From contig OZ250156.1 in assembly GCA_965237745.1 (NCBI GenBank), forward strand, positions 3,553,426-3,617,425: DNA of 64,000 nucleotides, written 5' to 3'. Made by a program: the position numbers and the translations under genes. Under the pieces are notes generated by a model that saw nothing but the letters and a program-made list of their open reading frames with translations, was not told where the DNA came from and made no database searches. Positions 31,664 to 41,975 of the stretch are shown piece by piece. Source of the stretch: Dehalococcoidia bacterium (GTDB taxonomy: Bacteria > Chloroflexota > Dehalococcoidia > Lucifugimonadales > UBA3495). Each line of letters starts with the position of its first letter. Within the stretch, counting starts at the first letter, position 1.

Positions 31664-32700
31664 TCACAGGCGCTGGCGGGCCAGCCGGGCCCCGGCGACA
31701 AGGGAAACCAGCTTGGCACGGGCCGCGTTGGGACTGAGGGGCACCAAGCCGCAGTCAGGGGCGGCCTGAAGTTTCAGCGGGTCGTGGTGGCGGGCCGCCG
31801 CCAGCAGGCGTTCCGCGATACGGTCCGGGTTTTCCGCTTCCTCGATGCCGTTGTCCATGCAACCGAACAAGACGGTCTTGGACCGGCACAGTTCCAGCAA
31901 AGACAGGTCGAGCTGCGGGGCTTCGAACTCCAAGGCCAACTGGTCCACGGCAGAGCGTTCCAGTTCAGCGAGAATTACGGGGTAGCTGGGCTTGATGGGT
32001 CGGGCTATGCCGGGCATGGGGTAGCTGTAGCAGACATGTACGGTCGTGGTGGCATCGAGACGGCCACGCAGCGGTCGAGGGCCTCGATGCCCCAGTCTGC
32101 CACCTTTTCCGGGTAGCGGCTGAACACCGGTTCGTCGAACTGGATCACCGCAGGGCCCAGCTTGTCGAGTTCCCGGGCTTCCAGGTTCAGCACATCGGCC
32201 ACGGCCATAGCGAAGTCTCGCTCGTTGCCGTAGTGGGCGTCGTAGGTGGAGTCGATGATGGTCATGGGGCCGGGCAGGGTCATTTTGACTTGGCGAGTGG
32301 ACTCCGCCTGCAGGAAACGCAGATCCTCAACGGCCAGCGGACCGGGCCAGCCCACCGGGCCGACACAACGGCCGACCTGCGCCAAGCGGCGGCCGTCGCG
32401 GATCCATTTCTCCGCCAGGGTCTCGTAGTCAAAGCCGGTCAGGCGGGCTGCTATGTAGGTCAGGTACGACTTGCGGCGCTGCTCGCCGTCGGAAATTATG
32501 TCAATTCCCGCCGATTCCTGGGCGTGAATCGCCAAGCGGGTGGCGTCATCCTGCGCTTGGGCCAGCAGCTCGCCGTCGAACTGCCAGTCGGCACCGCTGC
32601 CGTGATGGTCCGTGCCGGGGCCGGCCAGCGGGCGCTGCTGATAGAGCCAGGCCGGCTTTGGCATGCTCCCGACGACCGTGGTCGCGAACGCTTCAGGCAT
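31664..32700 (-). CDS. Cobalamin-independent methionine synthase (MetE C-terminal domain)-like protein with an apparent frameshift near 32062
   Basis: ATG at 32700 after GGAAGGAG. VVGSMPKPAWL ... IISDGEQRR ... IQFDEP in one frame. ...DATTTVHVCYSYPMPGIARP... continues in another frame to 31664. Confidence 0.75.
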
Positions 32701-32762
32701 CACTCCTTCCTCGCATGCCGAATGAACAGCTCGCTCGATTATTGCGGCTAGCCAATCACCCG

Positions 32763-33887
32763 CTAGCCCATTACCCGCCGGAAGAATTCCATGGCGTTGC
32801 CGCCGATAATCTTGCGCACGTCTTCGTCGGAGTAGCCTCGGCGGATCAGTCCGCGAACTATGTTTGTGCCGTCGGCCGGCGACTCCAGACCGTTGAGGTA
32901 GGGGGCCGGGTACTCGCCCAGGCCGTCGCGGCCCAGCATCAGCTTGTGGAAAGCCACATGGTCGCCTATGGTCGTGTCGGTGCCTATTCCCACACGGTCG
33001 ACGCCGACCAGTCTCGCCATGTAGTCGTAGTGGTCCAGGACGCACTCGATGTCCTGCTCAGGATCGTCGCTGAGTGAATTGGGCACCGCAGTGATACAGA
33101 TCAGGCCATCGTTTTCTGCGCAGGCGACCAGCTCCTCGTCGCGGCGGGTGCGGCGATTGGGGCGCAGCGCATAGGCTGCGTTGTGGCTGAACACCACAGG
33201 AACGCGGGAGAACTCGATGGCGTCAAGAGCAGTGGGCATGGAGGCATGGGACAGGTCTATTGCCATGCCCAGATCGTTCATGCGCCGGACCACCTCGATG
33301 CCGAAATCGCTCAGGCCGCCGGGGTTGCGCTCGTACAAGCCGTCGCCGATGAAGTTGCGGCGGTTGTAGGTGATGCCGGCCAGCCGCACTCCCATGCTGT
33401 AGAGCTGGTCGAGGCGTTCGATGCGGTTGCCGATGGGCAGGTGCTCCAGCGTGGGCATGAAGCCGACGTTGCCCTGCTGCTTGGCGGACTCGATGTCGGC
33501 GGCGTTGCCGATGCGGGTTATACCGTTTTGGGTCGAGACGTCGGCCACCATACTGCCGACCTCAGCGGCGACGTCATCGTATTCCACGAAGGACATGTCT
33601 GCCGTGCTCTTGAGTCCGGCGAACACGTTGGCGGTGGTGACGGCAGTCCAACGGCCGGCCCGGGCCGCCTCGTAGCCCCACTCGTAGCGTCCGACGCGGA
33701 CCAGGTCGATGAGCTGTTCCATGGCCTCGGGAAGGACGAAGGGGTGCTGGTGGACATCCACCATCACTGCGGCTTCCATGATTTCTTGGTAGCGGACCTC
33801 TTCGCCAGCGTCGAGGGGGACTGTCGAGGATGGGACTCGGCCCACCTGTCGGGCTAGGGGGATTCCAGCAGCCATTTCAGTCTCCAT
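32763..33887 (-). CDS. Membrane (renal-type) dipeptidase, peptidase family M19
   Basis: LSDFGIEVVRRMNDLGMAIDLSHAS ... VVFSHNAAYAL pattern. An alternative start at 33875 has a better GGAGA spacing. Confidence 0.85.
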   Translation of the reverse strand: METEMAAGIPLARQVGRVPSSTVPLDAGEEVRYQEIMEAAVMVDVHQHPFVLPEAMEQLIDLVRVGRYEWGYEAARAGRWTAVTTANVFAGLKSTADMSFVEYDDVAAEVGSMVADVSTQNGITRIGNAADIESAKQQGNVGFMPTLEHLPIGNRIERLDQLYSMGVRLAGITYNRRNFIGDGLYERNPGGLSDFGIEVVRRMNDLGMAIDLSHASMPTALDAIEFSRVPVVFSHNAAYALRPNRRTRRDEELVACAENDGLICITAVPNSLSDDPEQDIECVLDHYDYMARLVGVDRVGIGTDTTIGDHVAFHKLMLGRDGLGEYPAPYLNGLESPADGTNIVRGLIRRGYSDEDVRKIIGGNAMEFFRRVMG

Positions 33888-33989
33888 CTTGTTGTATGCT
33901 TGTTGTAGGTTAGGCAGTCCAAAGTCGGTTAGAGGATACGGCGGCCGGTGTCCGTTTCGACGGTGACCGGCCTGAACATAGTTCAGTGA

Positions 33990-34301
33990 TCAGTTGACGG
34001 AAATGGGCGCGCCTGAACCGCCGGTCTGCTCGTTGACCAAGAACGTGGCCTGGTCCCGACCGCAAACGGTTTCCAGCTCCGCGTCGAAGCGCTGGCCACC
34101 CAGCCCGCCCATGACCTCGTAGCGTCCTTCCGTGAACAGCCGGCCTTCGAAGCTGTCATGCTTCACAGTCCGCTCAGACTCGGCGGCCAGATACATTTCC
34201 ACAGCCTGGACCATCAGCTCGTTGGACTCCTCGGAGTTCAGGTAGTTGGCAGAGCGCAGGAACACGTAGCCCCAGCGTATGCCCAAGTGTTCCAGCATCA
34301 T
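33990..34301 (-). CDS. Hypothetical protein (about 103 aa)
   Basis: ORF from MMLEHLGIRWGYVFL. No recognisable motif and a weak RBS. Confidence 0.3.
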   Translation of the reverse strand: MMLEHLGIRWGYVFLRSANYLNSEESNELMVQAVEMYLAAESERTVKHDSFEGRLFTEGRYEVMGGLGGQRFDAELETVCGRDQATFLVNEQTGGSGAPISVN

Positions 34302-34599
34302 AGCGGGGCCTCGCTTGCTGTTGGCTTGGATTTGCAAATGACGAAAACGGACATTGTCTGACGCGAAAACAAAATTAGCATACTTGAGGGAAACTGTATG
34401 CAGAACCCGCCGGTTCGTCAAGATTCTGCGGGTTCGCCTGGCAGCAGCGCAAAAAGCCTGGGAGGGTCTTCCGGGAGCGTTTCCTGTGGCCTACCGGGAC
34501 GCTTTGCCTCACTCAAAACGTTACCAACATGAGTGGTTGCCTCAATTGAAACGCCACCGGGAATTCGGGAGGCAGCATGTGGGCGGAGGCATCTCCAAG

Positions 34600-34757
34600 A
34601 TGGCGAAGAAAGAACTTATGGCGACGGTCCGGGCCCGATACCAACGGTCTTCGAACGAGGACAAGGGGGGATTCTGGACGAATTCATCGCGGTTACCGGC
34701 CATCACCACAAAAACGGCATCAAGCTCCTTGCATCACCGGACGACGCGCCGTCTTGA
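34600..34757 (+). pseudogene. N-terminal stub of a DDE transposase/integrase (HTH region), frameshifted
   Basis: MAKKELMATVRARYQRSSNEDKGG|ILDEFIAVTGHHHKNGIKLL is split by a shift at a G6 run. There is no catalytic domain downstream. Confidence 0.5.
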
Positions 34758-34990
34758 CAAAAACCATGGCTGCCGGAGGGCATCTTCATGCCCTGCGGCC
34801 GCTTTGAACCTCAACTTCCGCGGGCATCACCAGCCGGCTTGGGTCGGTTTGTAACTCCTCTATCGTTGTATCTCCGTTAGTCAGCCCGTCCACGGCGCCC
34901 CGGCTGCCCAGGGGCCAAGGATTTCTCGTGCAGTGGGCCCATACCTGGGTTAAAATGTCATCCGGGACTTCAAAAAAGCAGGAGGGGGCT

Positions 34991-35329
34991 ATGGCATCAA
35001 TCAGGCTGTATTCAGGCGACGACGGAGAATCTCATATTGAGGAGATTGACCCGTCATCTCATCCGAACTGGTCCCAATTGCATAACGCCAAGGGAATTGT
35101 GTTCAGGGCTTTGCCGCCTGGGTTTTTCAGTGACTGGCACGTGGCCCCCAGGAGGCAGTACCTCATAACTCTCTCTGGCGAGGCGGAAATCGGGCTTGGC
35201 GACGGTACGATCCACCGACTTGGCCCCGGAGATGTCAACCTTGCTGAAGACCTGACAGGGCGCGGACACACCACCCGGGTGGTGGGCAGCGTACCGAGGG
35301 TGGTTGCCACCATTCACTTGGAGGATTAG
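34991..35329 (+). CDS. Small cupin-domain protein
   Basis: AGGAGG before the ATG at 34991. Cupin-like FSDWHVAPRRQYLITLSGEAEIGLGDG...GPGD motifs. Confidence 0.6.
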   Translation: MASIRLYSGDDGESHIEEIDPSSHPNWSQLHNAKGIVFRALPPGFFSDWHVAPRRQYLITLSGEAEIGLGDGTIHRLGPGDVNLAEDLTGRGHTTRVVGSVPRVVATIHLED

Positions 35330-35581
35330 CCTTAACCAGAGCGACTACGGAGCCGAGGGCCACCAAGCAGCCGATCGGGTGGCCTATCGCCGACACCGGA
35401 TAGAACTAGCCCCGGTTCTGCGCCTGGAAACAACTCCCATCTGCCGGTGGGTAATGCCGCTTCACCGGCAGCACCACCGCCTAGAGGCGTTGCCGCTCGA
35501 CCCACGACCCCAAGCGGCGAAAAGCGACCCGCTCCGAGGTTTGCTGGGATTTCCGTGGGACGATCTTCCTTTCCAAACCGC

Positions 35582-35633
35582 TTAGATCATCCCACAAAAC
35601 TCGCATTTCATCTGGACCAGGATTCGGGGAGCA
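35582..35633. repeat. 52-nt dispersed repeat, copy A
   Basis: TTAGATCATCCCACAAAACTCGC...CTGGACCAGGATTCGGGGAGCA. It is 43/52 identical by manual alignment to 48112-48163, and 8 of the 9 differences are transitions. Confidence 0.85.
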
Positions 35634-35725
35634 ATCAGGACCGAGGTCACAGACAAAAGGGAGGCAAGACTAGGCGCGAAAGTGGGGGTCAACGGGTAGT
35701 TGTGGGACAAGAGGAAAGGTGGTAG

Positions 35726-35750
35726 TGGTGCAGCTGGAGGGGATCGAACC
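35726..35750 (-). other. 3'-terminal 25-nt fragment of a tRNA gene (T-loop + acceptor + CCA), att-like scar
   Basis: The minus strand reads GGTTCGATCCCCTCCAGCTGCACCA. The upstream sequence cannot complete the T-stem, so only the 3' end is present. Confidence 0.6.
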
Positions 35751-36155
35751 AAACTGATATTTAGCTTTATTTCAAGGACATTGTAGAGGTCTCTGCAAAT
35801 TTTTCCCACATCATTTCCCACATTGTCTATGGGACGTTCTGAGACTGTGCGAATCGTTGTCCCCTTGGTAAAGTGTCGACAATCAAGTTGGGGCTTTTCA
35901 ACACTGCTGCCTGTCCACTGGGTAATTGCCTAATACATTGTAAAGGTGAATGATCATCCCGAGAGGTCGGTGTGGTGTCCAGTGGCCACTCAAAAGTATG
36001 GCGTTCAAACAGAGCCCGTTGCCCATTTTCCGATGGGATATTCCGAAGATAGTTTAATACATTGTGAATGTCTTCCTGTCGGCAATTACGGTGAGGGTCC
36101 ACTCGCGCATCGTCGTCCTGCATTGCCAGTTTAGATTTGTTGCTGGTTTTACCTT

Positions 36156-36200
36156 CCTGATAAGACCGAGGTCGATGGTTCGAGTCCATCCAGGCCCGCC
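36156..36200 (+). other. 3' half of a tRNA-Ile(GAU)-like gene (anticodon loop to acceptor), truncated
   Basis: CCTGATAAGACCGAGGTCGATGGTTCGAGTCCATCCAGGCCCGCC. It has anticodon loop CUGAUAA, T-arm GATGG/CCATC and acceptor 3' strand CAGGCCC, but no matching 5' acceptor strand (GGGCCTG) upstream. Confidence 0.7.
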
Positions 36201-36435
36201 GGTTGCTGGACGCCGCCCCCTTCGTGGGCTTCCTGGCCCTGGAGGAGGACGCGGCGATGGCCGGGGCCAATTCCTCGGTGTGGCGGACGCCCTCCGGCGG
36301 CGTACTCCTCAGCCTGGTAGAAGTACTGGCCTACGCTCCCTCCGGCGGGGAGTTGCTCGCTGGGCCGCCGCCCCACAGTCTCAGGCTGCCCGCCAACGTT
36401 GACCCGGTAGCGGTCTGGCCGGAGATCCCGGCTGG

Positions 36436-37081
36436 ATGCTGCCCATGCTGCTCAAACCTACTGAGAAGCGAGCCCTGGACCTGCTCTTCGACTGGCCATG
36501 GTTGACCGCGGAGTGCCTAGCTGGTTTGTTGGGAGTCTGGCAAACCCGGCTGTACCAGACTCTGGACTCGCTCCGGCGGCTGGACCTGGCCGCGGTCTCG
36601 TTGCCGAGGGTAACCGCTGCCTGCCCTTTCCGTCCGCGGGTTGGGGAAGGTGTCCCGCCGGGACCGGGCCGCCGTGGGCGCAGCCCGCCAGCGGTGGAGC
36701 GCCAAACCCCTTGACCTGGCGCAACGTCACGGGCTCCCGCAGCCGCCAGCTCTTGCGCAACCTGGAGCACACCCAGGCGGCGCACCGCTTCCTGGCGGCG
36801 CTGGCGGCGCAGTCCCGCGCCCGGAACTGGCGGAACGGAGGGTTCAACCCGCCCCGGCGGGCGACCCGCTTCTTCCGCCACGATGGGGTCCTCCAATCGG
36901 TGCGGCCCGACGCCTTCGGCGTCGTCGGGCCCAGCGGCGACCAGCGGCCCTTCTTTCTGGAGTGAGAGCGGCGCGCCGTGCGCCCGGTCACCGTGGCGGC
37001 CAGCATCGCCCCCTGCCTGCGCTGCTACGACACCCACCGCCCCCTGGGCGACCACGGCGTAGCGCTCCTGGTCCAGGTGTG
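36436..37081 (+). pseudogene. Replication-relaxation (Replic_Relax)-family gene remnant
   Basis: LLKPTEKRALDLLFDWPWLTAECLAGLL (wHTH) and LEHTQAAHRFLAAL...RPDAFGVV...RPFFLE*ERR pieces lie in different frames. In-frame TGA at 36963-36965. Confidence 0.5.
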
Positions 37082-37116
37082 AAGGGCACCGGATCCGGGC
37101 GGCCCGTTCCCCCGCC

Positions 37117-37688
37117 GTAGAGAGCTTTGACACATTCGATTTCCTGGCCGTGCCATAGGTGAACAAGGCCCTGGTGATGGAGCTGGCCCGCTGCTAATAC
37201 ATCGGGCGACGCGAGAATGTCATCGCCGTCGGCAACAGCGACACCCGCAAGACCCAAATGGCCCCGGGGCTGGGCCCGGCCGCCTGCCAGCGGGGTATGT
37301 CCGTGGGCTTCACCACCGCCGCGGGGCTGGTGCACGAGCTGTTGGAGGCCCGGGATGAGAGGCGACTGCTGAATCTCCAGCGCCAACTCTCCAGTCTGAA
37401 TCTGCTGATAATCGACGAACTGGGCTTCGTGCCCCTGTCCCGCACCGGGCCGAGCTGCTCTTCGAGGTCTTCTCTCAGCGCTACGAGAGGGGCTCCACCC
37501 TAGTCACCACCAACCTGCCTTTCGACGAGTGGACTGAGGTGTTTGGCTCAGAACGACTGACCGGAGCGCTGCTGGACCGCCTCACCCACCACGTGCATAT
37601 CCTGGAGATGAACGGCGAGAGCTACCGACTCAAGCGCAGCCGCGAGAACGCCGTGTCCCAAGCTCCAGACGCCCCGGACGACGCTTAG
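37117..37688 (+). pseudogene. IS21-family IstB helper ATPase, decayed
   Basis: Recognisable IstB C-terminal sequence (LLIIDELGFVPLS, LLFEVFSQRYERGSTLVTTNLPFDEW, LLDRLTHHVHILEMNGESYRL). In-frame TAG 37156-37158, TAA 37195-37197, ruined Walker A (GNSDTRKT) and a frameshift near 37450. Confidence 0.85.
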
Positions 37689-38172
37689 CCCGCTCAACAC
37701 CCCAGTCGCCTCACATACTCTGATTCTGTCTCCAACTCTCCCTGCTCAGCCAGCTGCCACCATCCCGGTGGTCCACCATTCCGCCGCCCCAGTTGTCCAC
37801 TTTGCCGCCGCCTTTGACACCCATCGTAGTACGATATATCGGCGCCTAATAGAACGCGCTTCAATATATGAGTCAACAGCGGCACATTTCCTGCCTGCCT
37901 TAAGCCAGTCCGGAACCGAAGCTGGGGCTCCGCACAAGTGGCTCTGCCCCTGCCGCTCTACCACGCAGCGCGTGTTCCGCTTGAAATGAGCCGCTGTGCG
38001 CAACCTGCTACAGCGGCAACGCGAATCATTAGGGAAGATCAAAACGTAAGAGCGGCAGGGTCGTATCAGCGACGAGTTCCCGGTACACTCCACAGCGGGC
38101 CGTTTTCGAACCGCGCCGTATGAAAGGCGCCACTTGGCGACAGTAAGCTTATTCGATCCTTATGTGGAGTAG

Positions 38173-39072
38173 ATGACCAGGCTTCTTGAAGTGAAATCCC
38201 TCACCAAGCGGTACGGGTCCATCCTGGCCCTGGACGCCGTGGACTTCGAGGTGGGCGAGGGCATTACCGGGTTGCTGGGGCCCAACGGTGCGGGAAAAAG
38301 CACGGCGATCAAGCTTTCTCTGGGGCTGATCAGGCCCACCTCCGGCTCGGTGAAGGTGATGGGGCGGCGGCCCTATGACTCCCCGAAGTCGCGGGAGCGC
38401 CTGGGCTACATGCCGGAGCACGACTGTCTGCCTCCGGCGGCCAGTGCCGCCGAGTTCCTCACCCACATGGCCCAGGTGTCCGGTCTTCCTCCGGCGCAGG
38501 CCCGCACCCGCGCCGCCGATGTCCTCCGGCACGTTGGCCTGGAAGAGGAGCGTTACCGGCCCATTGGTCAGTATTCCACCGGAATGAAGCAGCGGGTGAA
38601 GCTGGGCCAGGCCCTGGTCCATGACCCGGCCCTGGTGCTGCTGGATGAGCCGACCGCCGGTCTCGACCCCACGGGGCGAGACGAAATGCTGCGGCTGGTA
38701 CGCCGTACTGGGCGGGAGTTCGGCATCAGCATCATCCTGTCCTCACACCTGATGAACGATGTCGAGAGAACCTGCGACCGCATCATCGTCCTGGAGGGCG
38801 GCAAAGTTGTCGAGGAAGGAACGGTCGCCGGGTTCACCGCCGAGAGCGATGTGATCGTCCTCGACGTCGGCGACAAGCGGGAGGAAGTGGCCACCTCCCT
38901 GGCGGCCCGCGGGATTGGCACCACCACAGAGGGGGCGTCGCTGACGGTGGAATTGCGGTCTGGTGAACAGTATGACGACATTCGGGACGCTGTGGCAGAA
39001 GCGGGCGCACGCCTGCGCCGGATGAGTCCACGCCGACGTCAATTATCCGAAATCTTCCGGACCAACAGATGA
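38173..39072 (+). CDS. ABC transporter ATP-binding protein (ABC-2 type)
   Basis: Walker A GPNGAGKST, signature YSTGMKQR, Walker B LVLLDEPTAGLDP. Confidence 0.9.
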   Translation: MTRLLEVKSLTKRYGSILALDAVDFEVGEGITGLLGPNGAGKSTAIKLSLGLIRPTSGSVKVMGRRPYDSPKSRERLGYMPEHDCLPPAASAAEFLTHMAQVSGLPPAQARTRAADVLRHVGLEEERYRPIGQYSTGMKQRVKLGQALVHDPALVLLDEPTAGLDPTGRDEMLRLVRRTGREFGISIILSSHLMNDVERTCDRIIVLEGGKVVEEGTVAGFTAESDVIVLDVGDKREEVATSLAARGIGTTTEGASLTVELRSGEQYDDIRDAVAEAGARLRRMSPRRRQLSEIFRTNR

Positions 39073-40013
39073 CCAGCCAAACGGGCCCGCAGACCAGAGG
39101 TGAGGTCTTCGATCTCGGCTACCGCCATTACGAGGGCCCCAGGGAAGGAAGGTCGGGAGCCCGCAGGGCGGTCTATGTCAACGGCCTCCGGACGACGCTG
39201 GGTATAGGGCGGGGACCGATGGCAAAGGTGCTCGCTATCCTGATGTTCAGCGCTGCGATGGTGCCCGCAGTCATCATGGCAGTGATCGCATCGCTGCTGG
39301 ACCCCTTTGCCGAGACACTGCCCTCTCACGGCGACTACTATGAACTGGTATCACTGGTGCTGTTCCTTTTCGCCGCTGTCATCGGGCCTGAACTGCTCTG
39401 TCCAGACCGTCGCGATGGCGTCATTCATCTCTATTTCGTGCGGCCCATCACACCTACAGACTACATTGCCGCCCGCTGGCTGGCGCTGTTCACGGTGACC
39501 ATAGCCCTCGTGTATTCCGGGCAGCTGGTGCTCTGGATCGGGCTGGTACTGTCAGCATCAGATCCGGCGGAGTATCTCCGTGAAAACTGGCTGGACATTC
39601 CGCGCATCCTGGGCGCGGGGCTGGTGGTGGCCGTGTTTCTGGCCACGGTGCCGCTGGCGGTCGCCGCGTTCACGGACCGACGGGCTTACGCCGCCGCCTT
39701 CGTGATAGGACTGTTCATTATCAGCGCCTCGATTTCGGGCGCGCTCACCACTTGTACGGAAACGGATAATTCCGGCCAGTGCAAGCAGCGAGCTACCGGC
39801 GGGGCCGCGAAGTGGCTGTCGCTGGTCAGCGTGGGGGAGGCGCCCACCAGGGTCAACGACATTATATTCGGCAAGGACGATCCCGGCTTTGGCAATGACC
39901 CTGCCGGTGTTTCCGCAGAGCTTCCGCCTCCCGTGCCGGCGCTCTGGTACGTGCTGCTGACATCCAGCCTCGGGGTGCTGCTATGGAGACGCTACCTGAG
40001 GATAGCCGCTTGA
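39069..40013 (+). CDS. ABC-2 family transporter permease
   Basis: Multi-TM protein translationally coupled to the upstream ATPase by a 4-nt overlap. Confidence 0.7.
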   Translation: MTSQTGPQTRGEVFDLGYRHYEGPREGRSGARRAVYVNGLRTTLGIGRGPMAKVLAILMFSAAMVPAVIMAVIASLLDPFAETLPSHGDYYELVSLVLFLFAAVIGPELLCPDRRDGVIHLYFVRPITPTDYIAARWLALFTVTIALVYSGQLVLWIGLVLSASDPAEYLRENWLDIPRILGAGLVVAVFLATVPLAVAAFTDRRAYAAAFVIGLFIISASISGALTTCTETDNSGQCKQRATGGAAKWLSLVSVGEAPTRVNDIIFGKDDPGFGNDPAGVSAELPPPVPALWYVLLTSSLGVLLWRRYLRIAA

Positions 40014-40936
40014 GTGCCCAGGAACCGACCATCGACATGGAGAACGTCTCCAAGTGGTACGGCGATGTGGTTGCGGTGAATGGCGTCTCGGCGCAGGTCT
40101 TTCCCGGCATCACCGGGCTTCTCGGCCCCAACGGCGCTGGCAAGACCACCCTGCTGCACCTAATTGCCGGGCTGGCGGGCTGCTCCGAGGGCTCGGTTAC
40201 AGTGCTGGGAGAGCCCCCGCGAGACAACCCCGAGCTGTACCGCAGGGTCGGAGTGATGACGGAGAAAGAGGCGGTCTATGGGTTCCTCACTGGGCGCCAG
40301 TTCCTCGAATCCACCGCGAGGATGCGCGGTCTGTCCCCGGTCGCCCCAGCGGTGGACCGGGCGGTGGACATCGCCGGAATGGCCCATGCACAACGTCGCC
40401 GTCTCAGCACCTACTCCCGCGGTATGCGCCAGCGGATGCGCCTGGCTGCGGCGCTGGTACACGACCCGGAGGTGTTGATACTGGACGAACCGCTGAGCGG
40501 TACCGACCCCCGCCAGCGCCTGGAGTTTCACGCCGCCATGGTGCGCTTCGCCGAACAGGGCCGCACCGTGCTGGTTTCCTCCCACATCCTCGAGGAAGTC
40601 GAGCAAATGGCGGACCGTATCGTGCTGATGGTCAGCGGCAAGCTGGCCGCCGCCGGCGACATAAGGGCCATCCGGGAGAAACTGGACGAACAAGCCTACC
40701 ATGTGCGGATCGTGACTGATGCCCCGCGGGCACTGGCCGCGGCTTTGGTGAACCTGGCAGATATCGATTCGGTGAGCCTCGGAACGGACAGCGACCTGAT
40801 AGTCCTGAGCCGCAAAGTGGGAGTCCTGCAGGAGGCAATTCCGCGCTTGTCCCGGGATTTGGGAACGCGGCTCTTCCGGGTTGAACCACTGGACGAGTCG
40901 CTGGAAAGCATCTTCGAGTACGTGATCGAACGCTAG
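39983..40936 (+). CDS. ABC transporter ATP-binding protein (second ATPase of the locus)
   Basis: GPNGAGKTT, YSRGMRQR and VLILDEPLSGTDP motifs. The start may instead be the TTG overlapping the upstream TGA near 40010. Confidence 0.9.
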   Translation: METLPEDSRLSAQEPTIDMENVSKWYGDVVAVNGVSAQVFPGITGLLGPNGAGKTTLLHLIAGLAGCSEGSVTVLGEPPRDNPELYRRVGVMTEKEAVYGFLTGRQFLESTARMRGLSPVAPAVDRAVDIAGMAHAQRRRLSTYSRGMRQRMRLAAALVHDPEVLILDEPLSGTDPRQRLEFHAAMVRFAEQGRTVLVSSHILEEVEQMADRIVLMVSGKLAAAGDIRAIREKLDEQAYHVRIVTDAPRALAAALVNLADIDSVSLGTDSDLIVLSRKVGVLQEAIPRLSRDLGTRLFRVEPLDESLESIFEYVIER

Positions 40937-41662
40937 ATGTGGGAAGTGTACCGGCTCTCATTCCGGCAGTTGACCGGTCCTCTGCGACTGGCGCTTATAT
41001 TGCTGCTCTCAGCCCTCTGCGTCGCCTTGGCCGCGATACTAGCCCTCGCCGGCGGCGAGGAAGGAACCGGACGGGACACTTTCATCAACGTCGTGCTGAA
41101 TGGGCTGCTCGTCGCCGGAGTACTGCCCATCGTCACCATGACCCTGGGCACCGCCTCCTTCGGCAACGAACTGGAGGATGGCACGCTGGGCAACCTCACA
41201 CTGCTGCCGCTGCCGCGCTGGCAGATTGTGCTGCCCAAGCTGCTGGCGACCGCGACCGTCTCTGGCCCGGTAATCGTCCTCAGCGGCGCGGCGAGCTCTC
41301 TCATCGGACTGGGCTTTGACGCACGTTCCGTGCTGTCGGTGGCCGTCGCATTGTTCATGGGCGTTGCCGCCTATTCCGCCATCTTCACCTGGGCCGGCCT
41401 GGTTACCCGGCGGGCACTGGCAGTGTCCCTCCTGTACGTCCTGATCTGGGAGGGCATCATCGGATCGTTCATCAGCGGTGTTGGCTACCTGAGCGTTCGG
41501 GGTTATACCCTGGCCATCATGCGCGGGCTGGACCCCGTGTCCCTGGACGCGGTGGGGGACGGAGTAATCTCCCTGCCGGCAGCCATCGTGGGAGCACTGC
41601 TGGTGACCGCAGCATTCTACGGGCTTGCAGTGTGGCGGCTGAACCGCATGGACGTGCCCTGA
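40937..41662 (+). CDS. ABC-2 family transporter permease (second)
   Basis: Six-TM-like profile with NELEDGTLGNLTLLPLPR, typical of ABC-2 permeases. The start abuts the upstream stop. Confidence 0.7.
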   Translation: MWEVYRLSFRQLTGPLRLALILLLSALCVALAAILALAGGEEGTGRDTFINVVLNGLLVAGVLPIVTMTLGTASFGNELEDGTLGNLTLLPLPRWQIVLPKLLATATVSGPVIVLSGAASSLIGLGFDARSVLSVAVALFMGVAAYSAIFTWAGLVTRRALAVSLLYVLIWEGIIGSFISGVGYLSVRGYTLAIMRGLDPVSLDAVGDGVISLPAAIVGALLVTAAFYGLAVWRLNRMDVP

Positions 41663-41975
41663 TACTTCAGCAGCAGATTGGTGCTCTCTGGCGACCCGCT
41701 CAGGGCGTATGTCACAGCAATCGAAGGATTGCCGACCACGGTATGGGACGGAGTTCCTACGCCCTGCCTGCCCGCAGTCTCAGAAACTATCTTAAACTGC
41801 CCCGCTGCCTCCAATCCGTCATTCCCGCGAATCCTGACGCCGCGAAAACGGTGAGCAGGAATCCAGTTGCTTGGACCGTTTTCCAGCCACAGGTACCGGA
41901 ATGCGATTGTTTCGAGACAGGTTCAAACCAACGGCGAGGCGACCCCTGCTGGTCAAGCCAGATAAGTACGCGTTG

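Noticed and set aside
32701-33045. N-terminal extension of track ORF 32005-33045, and similarly 29312-29642 of ORF 29312-31117
   Set aside because: These extensions overlap the dipeptidase or nitroreductase genes and are Arg-rich. Good RBS-preceded ATGs exist at 32700 and 29643.
35827-36270. 147-aa minus-strand ORF containing WMDSNHRP
   Set aside because: That peptide is the well-known antisense translation of a tRNA T-arm. The ORF merely crosses the tRNA-Ile fragment.
41800-41870. ATTCCCGCGAA-type sequence resembling a REP/palindromic repeat
   Set aside because: It is a single degenerate occurrence with no clear palindrome and no second copy in the window.
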